A stretch of 64,000 bases of DNA from Octopus bimaculoides (taxonomy: Eukaryota). Both the position numbers and the translations under genes were made by a program. Location of the stretch: the NCBI RefSeq assembly GCF_001194135.2, contig NC_068984.1, positions 39,597,113-39,661,112 of the forward strand. The letters are read 5' to 3'. Below are positions 53,021 to 64,000 of the stretch, piece after piece. How positions within the stretch are numbered: the stretch's first letter is position 1; every line of letters begins with the position of its first letter. Under the pieces are notes generated by a model. The model made no database searches, was not told the DNA's origin, and worked only from the letters and a program-made list of their open reading frames with translations.

Positions 53021-53663
53021 GTGACAGACAGACAGACCGAAAATAAATCAAAATAACTAATTGTCAAACCCATCTCAGTAAAGGAAACATTCAGCTGGAA
53101 ATATTTTATTCAAATAAAGCAATAAAAATGCAGTGCATCACACTATTACATCTGCTGAACCACACACACCCACACACCCCATTGTATCATGCATTCTATA
53201 TGATATTCTAACAGACAAATAACAATACAGAACTCAGCTTCAGTAAATTTTATATGTTTATTTGATAATTTCTATAAATTAGAATTTCATTTATTTCATT
53301 TGTTATCATTTAAAATTATCCCTGTAATAAATGGAATTTATGAGGTGCTTGCATGTCCCAATGAATTTTTACTTTGTACCTTTCCTAATGAATTTTCAAA
53401 AACAGGAATCTAATCATCTTCAAATTAAAGCTATCTAATTGAGAACCTTTTATGAAGACATTTTGCTTTACCAAAATATTTGATTTAATGTGTAATGGCA
53501 CTTAAGATAAAATAATTGTTACAAAGACCTTGATTCTTCTTAAAAGTAACACATTGCTGCTGTTGCACTGTTATCATTTTGATAAAACAATTGAATAAAT
53601 CTCCAGCTTTGTATTCCAGTTCCTATTAACTTTTAAAATATAAAATATAAGTATAAAATAAAT

Positions 53664-53698
<35 letters not shown>

Positions 53699-53700
<2 letters not shown>

Positions 53701-54182
53701 TCATCATCATCATCATCATCATACGCCCACTTTCCATGCTAGCATGGGTTGGATGATTTGACTGGGGACTGGCGAATCAGATGGCTACACCAGACTCCAA
53801 TCTGATCTGGCAGAGATTCTACAGCTGGATGCCCTTCCTAACGCCAACCACTCCGAGAGTGTAGTGGGTGCTTTTTATGTGCTACCGGCACAAGGGCCAA
53901 ACAGGCGGTACTGGCAACGGCCATACTCAAATGGTATTTTTTACGTGCCACCTGCACAGGAGTCAGTCCAATGTTTTGTTCACATGCCACTGGCACAAGT
54001 GCCAGTAAGGCGAAGCTGGAAACAATTGCGCTCAAATGGTGCTTTTTANNNNNNNNNNCGAAGCTGGAAACAATTGCGCTCAAATGGTGCTTTTTACGTG
54101 CCACCGGCACGGGAGCAAGACCACTGCTCTGGCAGTGATCCCGCTCAGATGGTGCTGTTAGCGCTCCACTGGCACAGGTGCC
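53699..54182 (-). mobile_element. RTE LINE 3' UTR with internal tandem motifs
   Basis: (CAT)n tail, tttccatgctagcatgggttgga terminal motif, repeated gtgctttttacgtgccac units. Confidence 0.8.
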
Positions 54183-54288
54183 GTATATATAGTAAATGAA
54201 AAAAAGAAGAACAAGCACAAAAAACAACAAAGCAAGGACATGGTACATGTAAAGTATTAGCAGACGCTCAGGGAAAGAAAGAAAGATA

Positions 54289-54324
54289 GTTTAACATTTC
54301 AAGCAGATGCTCTTCTTCAGAAAC
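54289..54324 (-). ncRNA. minimal (dimer-type) hammerhead ribozyme motif with CpG decay, in a probable Penelope-like repeat
   Basis: Minus: GTTT CTGAAGA A GAGC ATCT GCTT GAAA TGT T AAAC. Helix I is GTTT/AAAC and helix II is GAGC/GCTT; restoring two CpGs gives GCTCGAAACGTT with palindromic ACGT as helix III. Confidence 0.5.
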
Positions 54325-55754
54325 AGAGGAAAGTCCAATAGAAGGGAAGACGGAGGATGAAAATCACCAACAATTCACATGTGGTTAGAGAGAGAGACAG
54401 ATAGACAGATAGAGACAGAGTTATCTTTATACATATGTATATGATATAGTTTTTTTACTAGTTTTTACTCAATAGATCAGAATGTGTCCATGCTGAAGTA
54501 CTATCATAAAATTGTACATAACAGATTGTATCATGGGAGTTGAACCATGTATCAATCAATTGCCAGGCAATCACTCTATTGATTAAACTAAATAGGTTCT
54601 GATACATATAAGATTCATCATCATCATCTTCATCATCATCATCATTTTACACTTTTTTTCAGGCTGAATGGATTAAATAAATCATCACTGTCCAAGTAAG
54701 TACTTATTTGGAATTACTGACCCTTTCTAGTGAAACATGGTTGTACTCATATGTTTCGTTTTTCACTTGACTTCTGTGGTTGACTGTTCTTCTGATTACC
54801 AATAACTTTACAGAGTGTACTTGGTGCATTTTATTGTGGCACAAACACTACAAAAGTTATCATAACTTCAGCAAGATTAAAGAGTCTTCTTGTCCATATG
54901 TTGTCTCCGTTCATTTTCCAAATACTTTTTTGAGTGTACTGGGTAATTATATCATGGTATTATCACTAATAGGGTTGCCTTGTACACCATAAGATTAAAA
55001 AGCCGTCATCACTCAATGATATATTTATTTAGTAAAAGCGATGTGACTGAGAAAGTCGGTAGAAGTGAAAGAGAGAAAAAGAGAGATGACAGAAGAAGCA
55101 GAATGCATGGGTAAAAGGAGCAAGAGTGAGGGATTAAAAGCAAAGTGATAGTGAGAAGACAGTAAGATTTTGATTGGACACTAAAAATAACTTTAAAAAT
55201 GACATTCATCATTTCAATTGACTCTGTACATAAGAGATTGTTAACAGCCAATATGCAGTACATGTATCAACATCCAGTTTTATTTAATATATTGATCATG
55301 AGAAATTGGTGATCTTCTGACAGAGATTAACTTTTTGTTTTTATTTTGTTTTGTTTTTTGTTTTTCTTGTTTTTCTGCTTAACCTCTTTGTTTCTTCACA
55401 CTACTTACCCACTTCTAATAGTATGTTGAACATATCTTCCAACTATACATACCTTATACATAGTTAATATCTTTATCATCTAGGAATGTGAATCACTGTC
55501 AAAAGCTCTCTTGTAATTAATCTATAAGGTGCTCAAATATGACCCCCACCACCACTTCTTTTGTATCCATCCTTTATTTATGGCCTTGTTAATTAGTGAC
55601 AGATATTTGCAACTGTATGGACCATTACAATATCTTTTGTGTGCTGGCAAGACATTGCTTTTCATTTTGATTGACAATTATCATTTATGTGAAAGTCAAT
55701 GTTGATGCTTTGTAAATTGTGATAAAGCAAATATTGATCTGAAATTCATGATAC

Positions 55755-55785
<31 letters not shown>

Positions 55786-55793
55786 GTAAGAGA

Positions 55794-55944
55794 ATGCCGG
55801 GCAAAAATGCTTAGCAGCATTTCCTCTGTCCTTACGTTCTGAGTTCAAATTCCACCAAGGTCGACTTTGCCTTTCATCCTTTCAGGGTCAATGAAATTAG
55901 TACCAGTTGAACACTGGGGGTCAACATAATCCACTAGCCCCCTC
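55794..55944 (+). mobile_element. SINE family A, 5'-truncated and CpG-decayed
   Basis: B box GAGTTCAAATTC; most CpGs converted to TG/CA relative to 35507-35740. Confidence 0.8.
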
Positions 55945-55951
55945 CTATGAT

Positions 55952-56093
55952 GGGTTTCTTCTACTAAATCCACTCACAAAGCTTTGATTAGCCCAGTGTT
56001 GAAGTAAAAGACACTTGCCCTAGATGCCACGCAAGGAGGCTGAACCCAAAACCATGTGGTTGGAAAGCAAGCATTTTAGCACACAGCCATACC
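55952..56093 (-). mobile_element. SINE family B, 5' half
   Basis: Matches 43780-43926. Confidence 0.75.
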
Positions 56094-57479
56094 CACAAAT
56101 TTTCTCATAGCTTTATTATATGTGTGTATCTTGTTAACGTGGATGTGCTCTTTATACCCAACTACCAAAAAATTAGGTGCTACTGTTTCTCTCCAGTTTG
56201 TTTGTTATATAGATTACTTATGTGCATACTCAGGTGCATTTGAAATGAATAAAGCTAGAAAATCTGAATCCTTTACCAATGATTACTAAACAAAATATTT
56301 TTTTAATTTTGTTCTTTGTTATTGTTGTTGATTTTTTTCAAATTTTATTTTTAGTAAGTTATTTGCATATTATGTGACCCAGCTCTACTGAACATGCTAT
56401 AATGAAGGATGATCTACAGTTCTTATGAGAAATGAGATCAGTTACATGAAATATGAAAAGCAGGAGAAATGTATCAACACAGGTAAAAAATATAAACAAC
56501 AGAAATGTGTGCAGTTGTTATTTAACCCAAATTCTGCTCTGACTGGACAGACTTAGGGTCAAAGGCATCCCAACTATAATGATCCTGTTGTTTGCATAAC
56601 AAAGAATACTTTGCCCTTTGTAGTAGGTTTTTTTTATGACAGCAGTGTGTGAATTAAAGGAGATTTTGCTGCTGTTTCTGGCAGGTTAAATGACTATGTA
56701 GTGTCTCCCTTGTTTACCTACAAGATATTTGTAGCTATAATAAATAACTATGGCTGTCACTCATAATCAAGGACGACTCAGTAGCATGGGCTGGGCTTTT
56801 GCTAACTATTTTTAGGTATGGATATATACATGCAAGGTGACAGACACATTCCAAGTCCTCCCCACTCTTGACCCAGTAGAATATCTAGGATGTGACAACA
56901 GGAGGAAGAGTAGTTTGCACCAACTCTCAGCTGGTATTCATTTTCAACTAAGTAGACTGACAAATATCAAATCCCCACCAAAATATTTATGAAATCTTTT
57001 AGCACTTTTCTTTGCCTTTATTAATGAGATGACAATATATATTTTTAGGACAATAGGGTATAATTTAAAGGACATTTGGCTGTGGTTTCTTGCAGTCTAA
57101 ATGATTGCATAGCAGCTCCCTTATTGGTTTATGAGATATTTGTGGCTATAATAAAAATGATGGTTATTATTCAAGGATGAAATAGCTATTATCCTGTATG
57201 TAAACACTAAGACAGCTATCTCTTTTTCTCCCAATTCCACTTTTCATGAATTTTTTTACAGCTGAGAGAATGTTGAGCATGGGCTGCATAACCATTTTGC
57301 TCAATACAATATAGTGAATACATAAAAAATAAAGACAACCAACATATTTATTTACCAAAAAGTTATCAAAGAAAGTAACATTAGCAATAAGATAGTTATA
57401 TCACACCCAGTGTGCACATATCTGAATCTCACAAACTAAGCAGCAAAAAAAGGTGAGTGAGATTTGTGAAACTGGTGTT

Positions 57480-57700
57480 TAGTTTTTTAAGATATCACCA
57501 ATATTTGCTTTGGAATTGTTGCATCCAACCAAGAGAATTGCTTTCAAATGCTCATCAGTCAACCTCATTCAATGTGCTGACTTCACATACTTCATTTTTG
57601 AAAATGTTTGCTCACAGACATAAGTTGTGCCAAACACTGATGTCATACCAGAGACAAATGAACTTTCATTGCAGTTACTTACACAAAAGGTACAGTACAG
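57480..57700 (-). mobile_element. hAT (Charlie/SPIN/GTF2IRD2-like group) transposase C-terminal fragment
   Basis: MTSVFGTTYVCEQTFSKMKYVKSAH*MRLTDEHLKAIL matches FGSTYxCEQxFSxMKxxKSxxRxRLTDEHL. Confidence 0.8.
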
Positions 57701-58369
57701 TAGCAGGGTGGATGAACTGACCTCGTGGGCCATAGTTTGGTGACCCCAAGGCAAGAACAATACAAAAGTAAGCATATTCACCTTACATGTGGACATGATT
57801 CACCATCCATCCAATTCAGAAATCAACCTTATGATCATTAACCCAACATCCAAACCACTGAGCTACAAGCTGTTGCTGTGGCTATAATAGTGGCAAATAC
57901 TGACAACTGTAGAGAAAGCTTTCTTTCAATTTTATTCAACATTCTGTTTAATATGAAACCAAATACTTGTTCTACAAATGTAATAAAATTTTGGTGGGAT
58001 TCACATGTAGCCTTATTATGCTCTTCCTTGTAATTGTAATGTTTTGTACTATATCTGAACTGTGCTTGAGGCAATCTTTGCACAATTAGAACTTAATTAT
58101 CTGAGAAGTTCAAGTAGAATTTTGTTTGAATGACTGATTGTTCAAATAAAATATCTGCTTGTAAACAAAGGAAGCTACACTAAAAGTAATTATGGGAACT
58201 TGAGATCTTATTCAGGTAAATTTTCTCCAGCTAAAGAAACCAAACCAAAACAGACTGGAGCTCAGTGCAGTTCTCCAGCCTCAGTCACACCATCTTACCC
58301 ATGCTAGCATAGAAAATGGATACTAAATAACGACAATGATGGTGACAACAACGATGACAACAAAATTTC

Positions 58370-58810
58370 TGCGTGACAAAACATAGTGAATGGCTTTCTT
58401 ATAGGTTTGTATATGCCCCAAGCATATTTGAACTGGTCATGGGAGTTGTGCTGTTTTCTGACTTTGTAGGTATGCCCGTGTGTGTTAGACACATAGGGCT
58501 CAAAAAGGTGTCCAAGGTGGTTGTTGGCGCAATGGCTGATAATTTTGTGGGTGTTTACTAAGTCAGTTGCCAGATGTCGGAGCTTCAATGTATCTATGCC
58601 CAGGGAAGCAAGACATTCAGAGTATGGTGGATGCCTGATGGAGGGTATTTGCTTGGCTGCACATCTCTGAACAGTTTCCAGGAAATCAATGTCCTGAGCA
58701 AGATAGGGGCTCCAGACTGGTGATGCAAATTCCAAGCGTGGCCACACCATAGCCATACACAACTTTAAATAGATAGCTGGAGAGTGGCTGACAAAGGTCT
58801 TGCTGAGTGA
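58370..58810 (-). mobile_element. CR1-clade LINE 3' fragment
   Basis: MVWPRLEFASPVWSPYLAQDIDFLETVQRCAAKQIPSIRHPPYSECLASLGIDTLKLRHLATDL...SNTHGHTYK. Confidence 0.88.
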
Positions 58811-59039
58811 TGCCATATTTTACATCCATAACATATTTCTTACCTTTTTATATTTTTTTAATACAATCTTTTTGTAAAGGCACACTTGTTTGATAGTACT
58901 ACTTGGTCAGCTTTAATCTTAGCCATTAATCTTTTAGCATTCAGGTTACTCTGTCAAATGAAATGCTTATTTATTCACATTGTTTTGAATTAACAATGCA
59001 TTATCTAATAGCTTCAGGATTTCAACAGTTGTGTGCAAG

Positions 59040-59611
59040 AGAGAAGACTGCACTGGTTTGGTCATGTGATGTGGATGGATGCTGACAGCTCCATAAAGAA
59101 GTGCCGATCTCTCAAAGTAGATGGGACATATGGAAGTGGGAGACCCAGGAAGATGTAGGATGAAGTGGTGAAGAACAACCTCAGGACACTGAATCTTTTA
59201 GGCAAGATGGCAAAGGACTGAGATGCTTGCTGCCTTGCTGTAATCAAGAAGACCTGTACTCCACAATAGAAGTGTTAAGGCTGGTCCCCACCGGTGATGC
59301 CACATAAAAAGCACTTGTGGTGGTGCCACATAAAAGCACCCATGTGGTGCCATGTGAAAAGCACCCATGCAGATCCACATAAAAGTGCCCCTTCAGTACC
59401 ATGTAAAAGCACCCAGCACACTCTGTACAGTGGTTGGCATTAGAAAGGGCATCCAGTCATAGAAACTATGCCAAATCAGACCGGAGTCTGGTGCAGCACC
59501 CCAGCTTACCAGCCTTGGTCAAACAATCCAACCCATACCAGCATGGAGAATGGACGGTAAATGATGATGATGATGACGACGACGACGACGATGATGATGG
59601 TGATGATGATT
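59040..59611 (+). mobile_element. RTE LINE 3' end with 3' UTR and (GAT/GAC)n tail
   Basis: RRLHWFGHVMWM...GRPRKM*DEVVK; repeated gtgccacataaaaagcac; terminal ccatACCAGCATGG motif; same family as 34810-35279. Confidence 0.85.
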
Positions 59612-60106
59612 GCTAATTATTAGAACGCTGTTGTAGGGTCGCTGCAAGAGACCAGATCTGGCAAGCTTGAGCATAAACCCAGTAGAATATTAGGGCCTGA
59701 TATGGCCTGTTTAAATGTTAAAGGGCTAACCCTGATCTCCGTAACGCCATAACAATTGGTGTAATTTTTGTGCATCTGCATTGAATTATGGAGCCTCTGA
59801 CAAGAACCCATGACATGATTTTTTCCACTAATTCTTTAAAATATTTTTCTTCAATAATTATATTTTTTTTAATTGTGTTTATCCTTCAGGTTTATCATTT
59901 CTTATAAAGAATTTGTTCATTTTTCTGTTTTGTTTTTGTTTTTGTTTTGTTTTGGTTTTTGTTTTTATCTTCCTATCCTTTTTCTTGTTGTTTTGAAAAT
60001 GGAGAAGTTCTTATGTTTCTCAGCTATCTTAGCTATTTGCAAATTAATCTTCTGCTATTTTCTGCCATGTATTTATGTAAATATTTTTACAACATATTAT
60101 TATCAC

Positions 60107-60480
<374 letters not shown>

Positions 60481-61039
60481 GCCCACTCATGCTGCTCACT
60501 TTTGATGTTGTTTTTGTTGGATATGTATTTATTGGTTAAATTAGAAAAATAACATCGTTCCTAATAGATACCTAACCAACCTCTCTATATTATCCTCTCA
60601 ATATAAACAGCCACTACTGTATGTATCCCAATTGCTTCCTGGCATGGTATATACTTATTTCTTCATCTGTCACTACATTCTCAATATTGTCTTAAGAAGT
60701 TGGTGATAAATACTAAGTTAAGTAATGTATGTATTAGCCAGCTGAAAGGGGAAGCCGTCAGTGCATTAAAGGGAAATCTGAATATAAATGTATGATAATA
60801 TATGTGTTGAAAATATATCAAAATAGATAATATGCTTCTGGAATTTGGATAATTTGCATGAAATAAAAAATAAATAAGAACTAAACTCCACACTTTGGCA
60901 ATCTTTGCATTTTGGTTATTACTTTCACTTTTGTCATTCTGCATTCAGTATCAGTTTGTTAGGTAGCTGGTGAGAAATGTCTGTGGTCGTCTTATTAGGC
61001 TTGAAAGATTTTGCTTTGTTGGTCATTTTTGTTATTATA

Positions 61040-61074
<35 letters not shown>

Positions 61075-61272
61075 CCGAGACCTTTGGAAATGTGCTGTGC
61101 GTGAGAAGACCCGGCAAGCCAAGTAAGATCGTTGCCAGTGCCCCTGGACTGGCTCTTGTGCGGGTGGCACATGAGATGCACCATTTTGAGCGTGGCCGTT
61201 GCCAGTACCGCCTGACTGGCTCTCGTAGGATTTTCGAGTGAGATCGTTGCCAGTGCCCCTGGACTGGCTTGT
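61075..61272 (+). repeat. RTE 3'-UTR-type tandem units running into an N gap
   Basis: (gat)CGTTGCCAGTgcccctGGACTGGCT occurs three times; related to the units at 53880-54180. Confidence 0.6.
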
Positions 61273-62310
61273 NNNNNNNNNNNNNNNNNNNNNNNNNNNN
61301 NNNNNNNNNNNNNNNNNNNNNNNNNNNNNNNNNNNNNNNNNNNNNNNNNNNNNNNNNNNNNNNNNNNNNNNNNNNNNNNNNNNNNNNNNNNNNNNNNNNN
61401 NNNNNNNNNNNNNNNNNNNNNNNNNNNNNNNNNNNNNNNNNNNNNNNNNNNNNNNNNNNNNNNNNNNNNNNNNNNNNNNNNNNNNNNNNNNNNNNNNNNN
61501 NNNNNNNNNNNNNNNNNNNNNNNNNNNNNNNNNNNNNNNNNNNNNNNNNNNNNNNNNNNNNNNNNNNNNNNNNNNNNNNNNNNNNNNNNNNNNNNNNNNN
61601 NNNNNNNNNNNNNNNNNNNNNNNNNNNNNNNNNNNNNNNNNNNNNNNNNNNNNNNNNNNNNNNNNNNNNNNNNNNNNNNNNNNNNNNNNNNNNNNNNNNN
61701 NNNNNNNNNNNNNNNNNNNNNNNNNNNNNNNNNNNNNNNNNNNNNNNNNNNNNNNNNNNNNNNNNNNNNNNNNNNNNNNNNNNNNNNNNNNNNNNNNNNN
61801 NNNNNNNNNNNNNNNNNNNNNNNNNNNNNNNNNNNNNNNNNNNNNNNNNNNNNNNNNNNNNNNNNNNNNNNNNNNNNNNNNNNNNNNNNNNNNNNNNNNN
61901 NNNNNNNNNNNNNNNNNNNNNNNNNNNNNNNNNNNNNNNNNNNNNNNNNNNNNNNNNNNNNNNNNNNNNNNNNNNNNNNNNNNNNNNNNNNNNNNNNNNN
62001 NNNNNNNNNNNNNNNNNNNNNNNNNNNNNNNNNNNNNNNNNNNNNNNNNNNNNNNNNNNNNNNNNNNNNNNNNNNNNNNNNNNNNNNNNNNNNNNNNNNN
62101 NNNNNNNNNNNNNNNNNNNNNNNNNNNNNNNNNNNNNNNNNNNNNNNNNNNNNNNNNNNNNNNNNNNNNNNNNNNNNNNNNNNNNNNNNNNNNNNNATCT
62201 TTAAGCAATTTTTCAGGCTCTGTTTATGCATTACATATATTTTATAAAAACAAGGATGCTGGACAGTAAGAAAATAAGAAAAGACGTGAAGAAGATTGGT
62301 GCAAAAAATA

Positions 62311-62373
62311 AGCTCAGTGGTAGAGCATTCGACTGCAGATTGAGAGTTCCCCAGTTTGAAGCCGGGTGTCCCT
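62311..62373 (+). pseudogene. trnC: tRNA-Cys(GCA) pseudogene
   Basis: AGCTCAGTGGTAGAGCATTCGACT-GCA-GATTGAGAGTTCCCCAGTTTGAAGCCGGGTGTCCCT follows the eukaryotic tRNA-Cys pattern (anticodon 62335-62337). The 5' acceptor strand is lost and the T loop is mutated (GTTTGAAG). A T5 run follows at 62379-62383. Confidence 0.8.
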
Positions 62374-62441
62374 TTCAGTTTTTCTGTCCAACCCATACCA
62401 GCATGGACAACAGGCATTAAATGATTATGATGAGGATGATG

Positions 62442-62472
<31 letters not shown>

Positions 62473-62480
62473 TAGATATA

Positions 62481-62971
62481 TAAACAGTAAAGCGAGTAGC
62501 CACATCAAAGTGACAGATGAACATTACTACTAGTTTAACTCCAGGCGGATTATCCACCAGCTGGTTTTCGGTGCAAGCTCTGCACCCTTTATATACAATA
62601 TCTCACTAGCAGGAGATCAAAACCCTAATACCCTCCAGCAGCTGACAAGATTGCGGGACTGGCCAGTTTCGAGCTATTTGGCTCACATCAGCTGCACACA
62701 CCTGTGCAGTGGAGTGATAGCTAAGTGACCATCAATCGCTGATTTGCAACAAGCAAAATAGTTAGTTATAAAATCTCAAGAAGAGATAGAGTAGTAACAT
62801 ATACTAAACAGTAATGCGAGTAGTCACATCAAAGTGGCAGATGAATGTTACTACTAGTTTAATCCCAGGCGGTTCTCCGCTAGCTGGTTTTCAGTGCAAG
62901 TTCTGCACCCTTTATACACAATATATCGCTAGTAGGGGGAGTAAACCCCTACTACCCACCAGCAGCTGACA
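62481..62971 (-). mobile_element. 1.5-unit tandem repeat (324-bp period) carrying a hammerhead ribozyme: candidate non-LTR retrozyme or Penelope-like pseudo-LTR
   Basis: 62481-62647 and 62805-62971 are direct repeats (roughly 85% identical by eye); the hammerhead lies between them; both ends sit in TA-rich microsatellite. Confidence 0.65.
62652..62696 (-). ncRNA. minimal type I hammerhead ribozyme (near-canonical, probably inactivated)
   Basis: Minus: TGCAG CTGATGT GAGC CAAATA GCTC GAAA CTGGCCAG TC|CCGCA. Helix II is 4 bp; helix III is the palindrome ACTGGCCAGT; cleavage triplet GUC (62659-62657); helix I 4/5 paired; A9 replaced by U. Confidence 0.75.
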
Positions 62972-63139
62972 TATATATATATAAATTTATATATACATGC
63001 ATACATACATATATACATACATACATACATGTATATGTGTGTGTGTGTGTGTTTGTGTGAGTAAATGTGTATATTTATGCACGTATGTGTGTATGTGTAT
63101 ATATATATTCTTTCATTCTTTTACACATTTCACCTATGG

Positions 63140-63679
63140 CCATAAATGCAAGTCTGGGGAACGTGATGGCCAGTTGACATTGCCGTAGTGGGAGATTATT
63201 ATCTCTCCAAAGTACTGCCACAGCAACTGCATTGTTTCTCTTGCAGTATGAGCAGTTGCCCCATCTTGTTGGAACCATGTGTGAGGTCTATTTTGAATGG
63301 CCTTCATGTTCCCCAGATCTGACTAGCCCGGATTTTTTCTTCTGCAGATACCTGAAAGAGAGGGCTTACATCAACAAATCAGAGACCCTCGTGCAACTGA
63401 AGGAGAACATCAATAGAGAAATCAGAGAAGTGGCGTCTGAAACTCTTGAGTGTGTTATGGTGCAAGTTTTGGAAAGAGCATGGGTGTGCAAAGCTGAAAA
63501 TGGTTGCCATTTAAGTGATGTCATTTTTCATATACGATGTAGTGGTGTTGCGAAATTTGACTCGTGCATATTAATTTCCATTATGTCCTTTATATTGTAT
63601 CAAAATTTCATGCATCTATTTGTAAAGTTAAGAAAGTTATTAAAAATTGAAACCCATCAGTGACTTTTGTAACACCCTG
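63140..63679 (+). mobile_element. Tc1/mariner-superfamily transposon, 3' part with right TIR
   Basis: EWPSCSPDLTSPDFFFCRYLKERAY (cf. WPPRSPDLTPxDFFLWGYLK), C-terminal GCHLSDVIFH; ends TTTTGTAACACCCTG|TA. Confidence 0.88.
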
Positions 63680-64000
63680 TATGTATATATATATATATAT
63701 ATATAAAAATAAAAAAAGGGGTTTGTATGATAGTGTATAGAGGGATATATTATTCAAAAGAATTCCAACTCTGTCTGTTTTTTATGTTTTATTTATATTC
63801 TTATAAAATTAATGTGGGATATAGAATGTGGAATATTTAGTATATATAGTAAAATGAATTAATTTTATAATATAAATAAAACATAAAAAACAGACAGAGT
63901 TGAAATTCTTTTGAATAATATATATATATATATATATCTTTTGTCTAATAGCCCTGTCTACCTCCTTGTAACGTGGTGGTGGAACAAGGAGGTAGACAGG

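Overview
AT-rich animal genomic DNA from a gapped short-read assembly (12 N-runs, most bordered by microsatellites). The SINE, RTE and microsatellite repertoire is what I associate with octopus (cephalopod) genomes; this is an inference, not a database result. No complete host gene is recognisable: the long ORFs in the track are artefacts of N-runs and simple repeats, and only weak candidate exons were seen. The window is dominated by decayed mobile DNA. Retroelements: two tRNA-derived SINE families (many copies); RTE, CR1, L2/Jockey-like, Tx1-like and R4/Dong-like LINE relics; two convergent Gypsy relics. DNA elements: hAT, Tc1/mariner, MULE and Merlin transposase relics, Helitron pieces and many MITEs. 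There is also a tRNA-Cys pseudogene. The most interesting signal is at 62481-62971, a 1.5-unit, 324-bp-period direct repeat carrying a near-canonical minimal type I hammerhead ribozyme on the minus strand. This is the architecture of a non-LTR retrozyme or Penelope-like pseudo-LTR. Two further decayed hammerhead motifs lie at 54289-54324 and 46059-46084. Repeats right of about 52 kb show strong CpG decay that left-hand copies lack, suggesting a methylation boundary.
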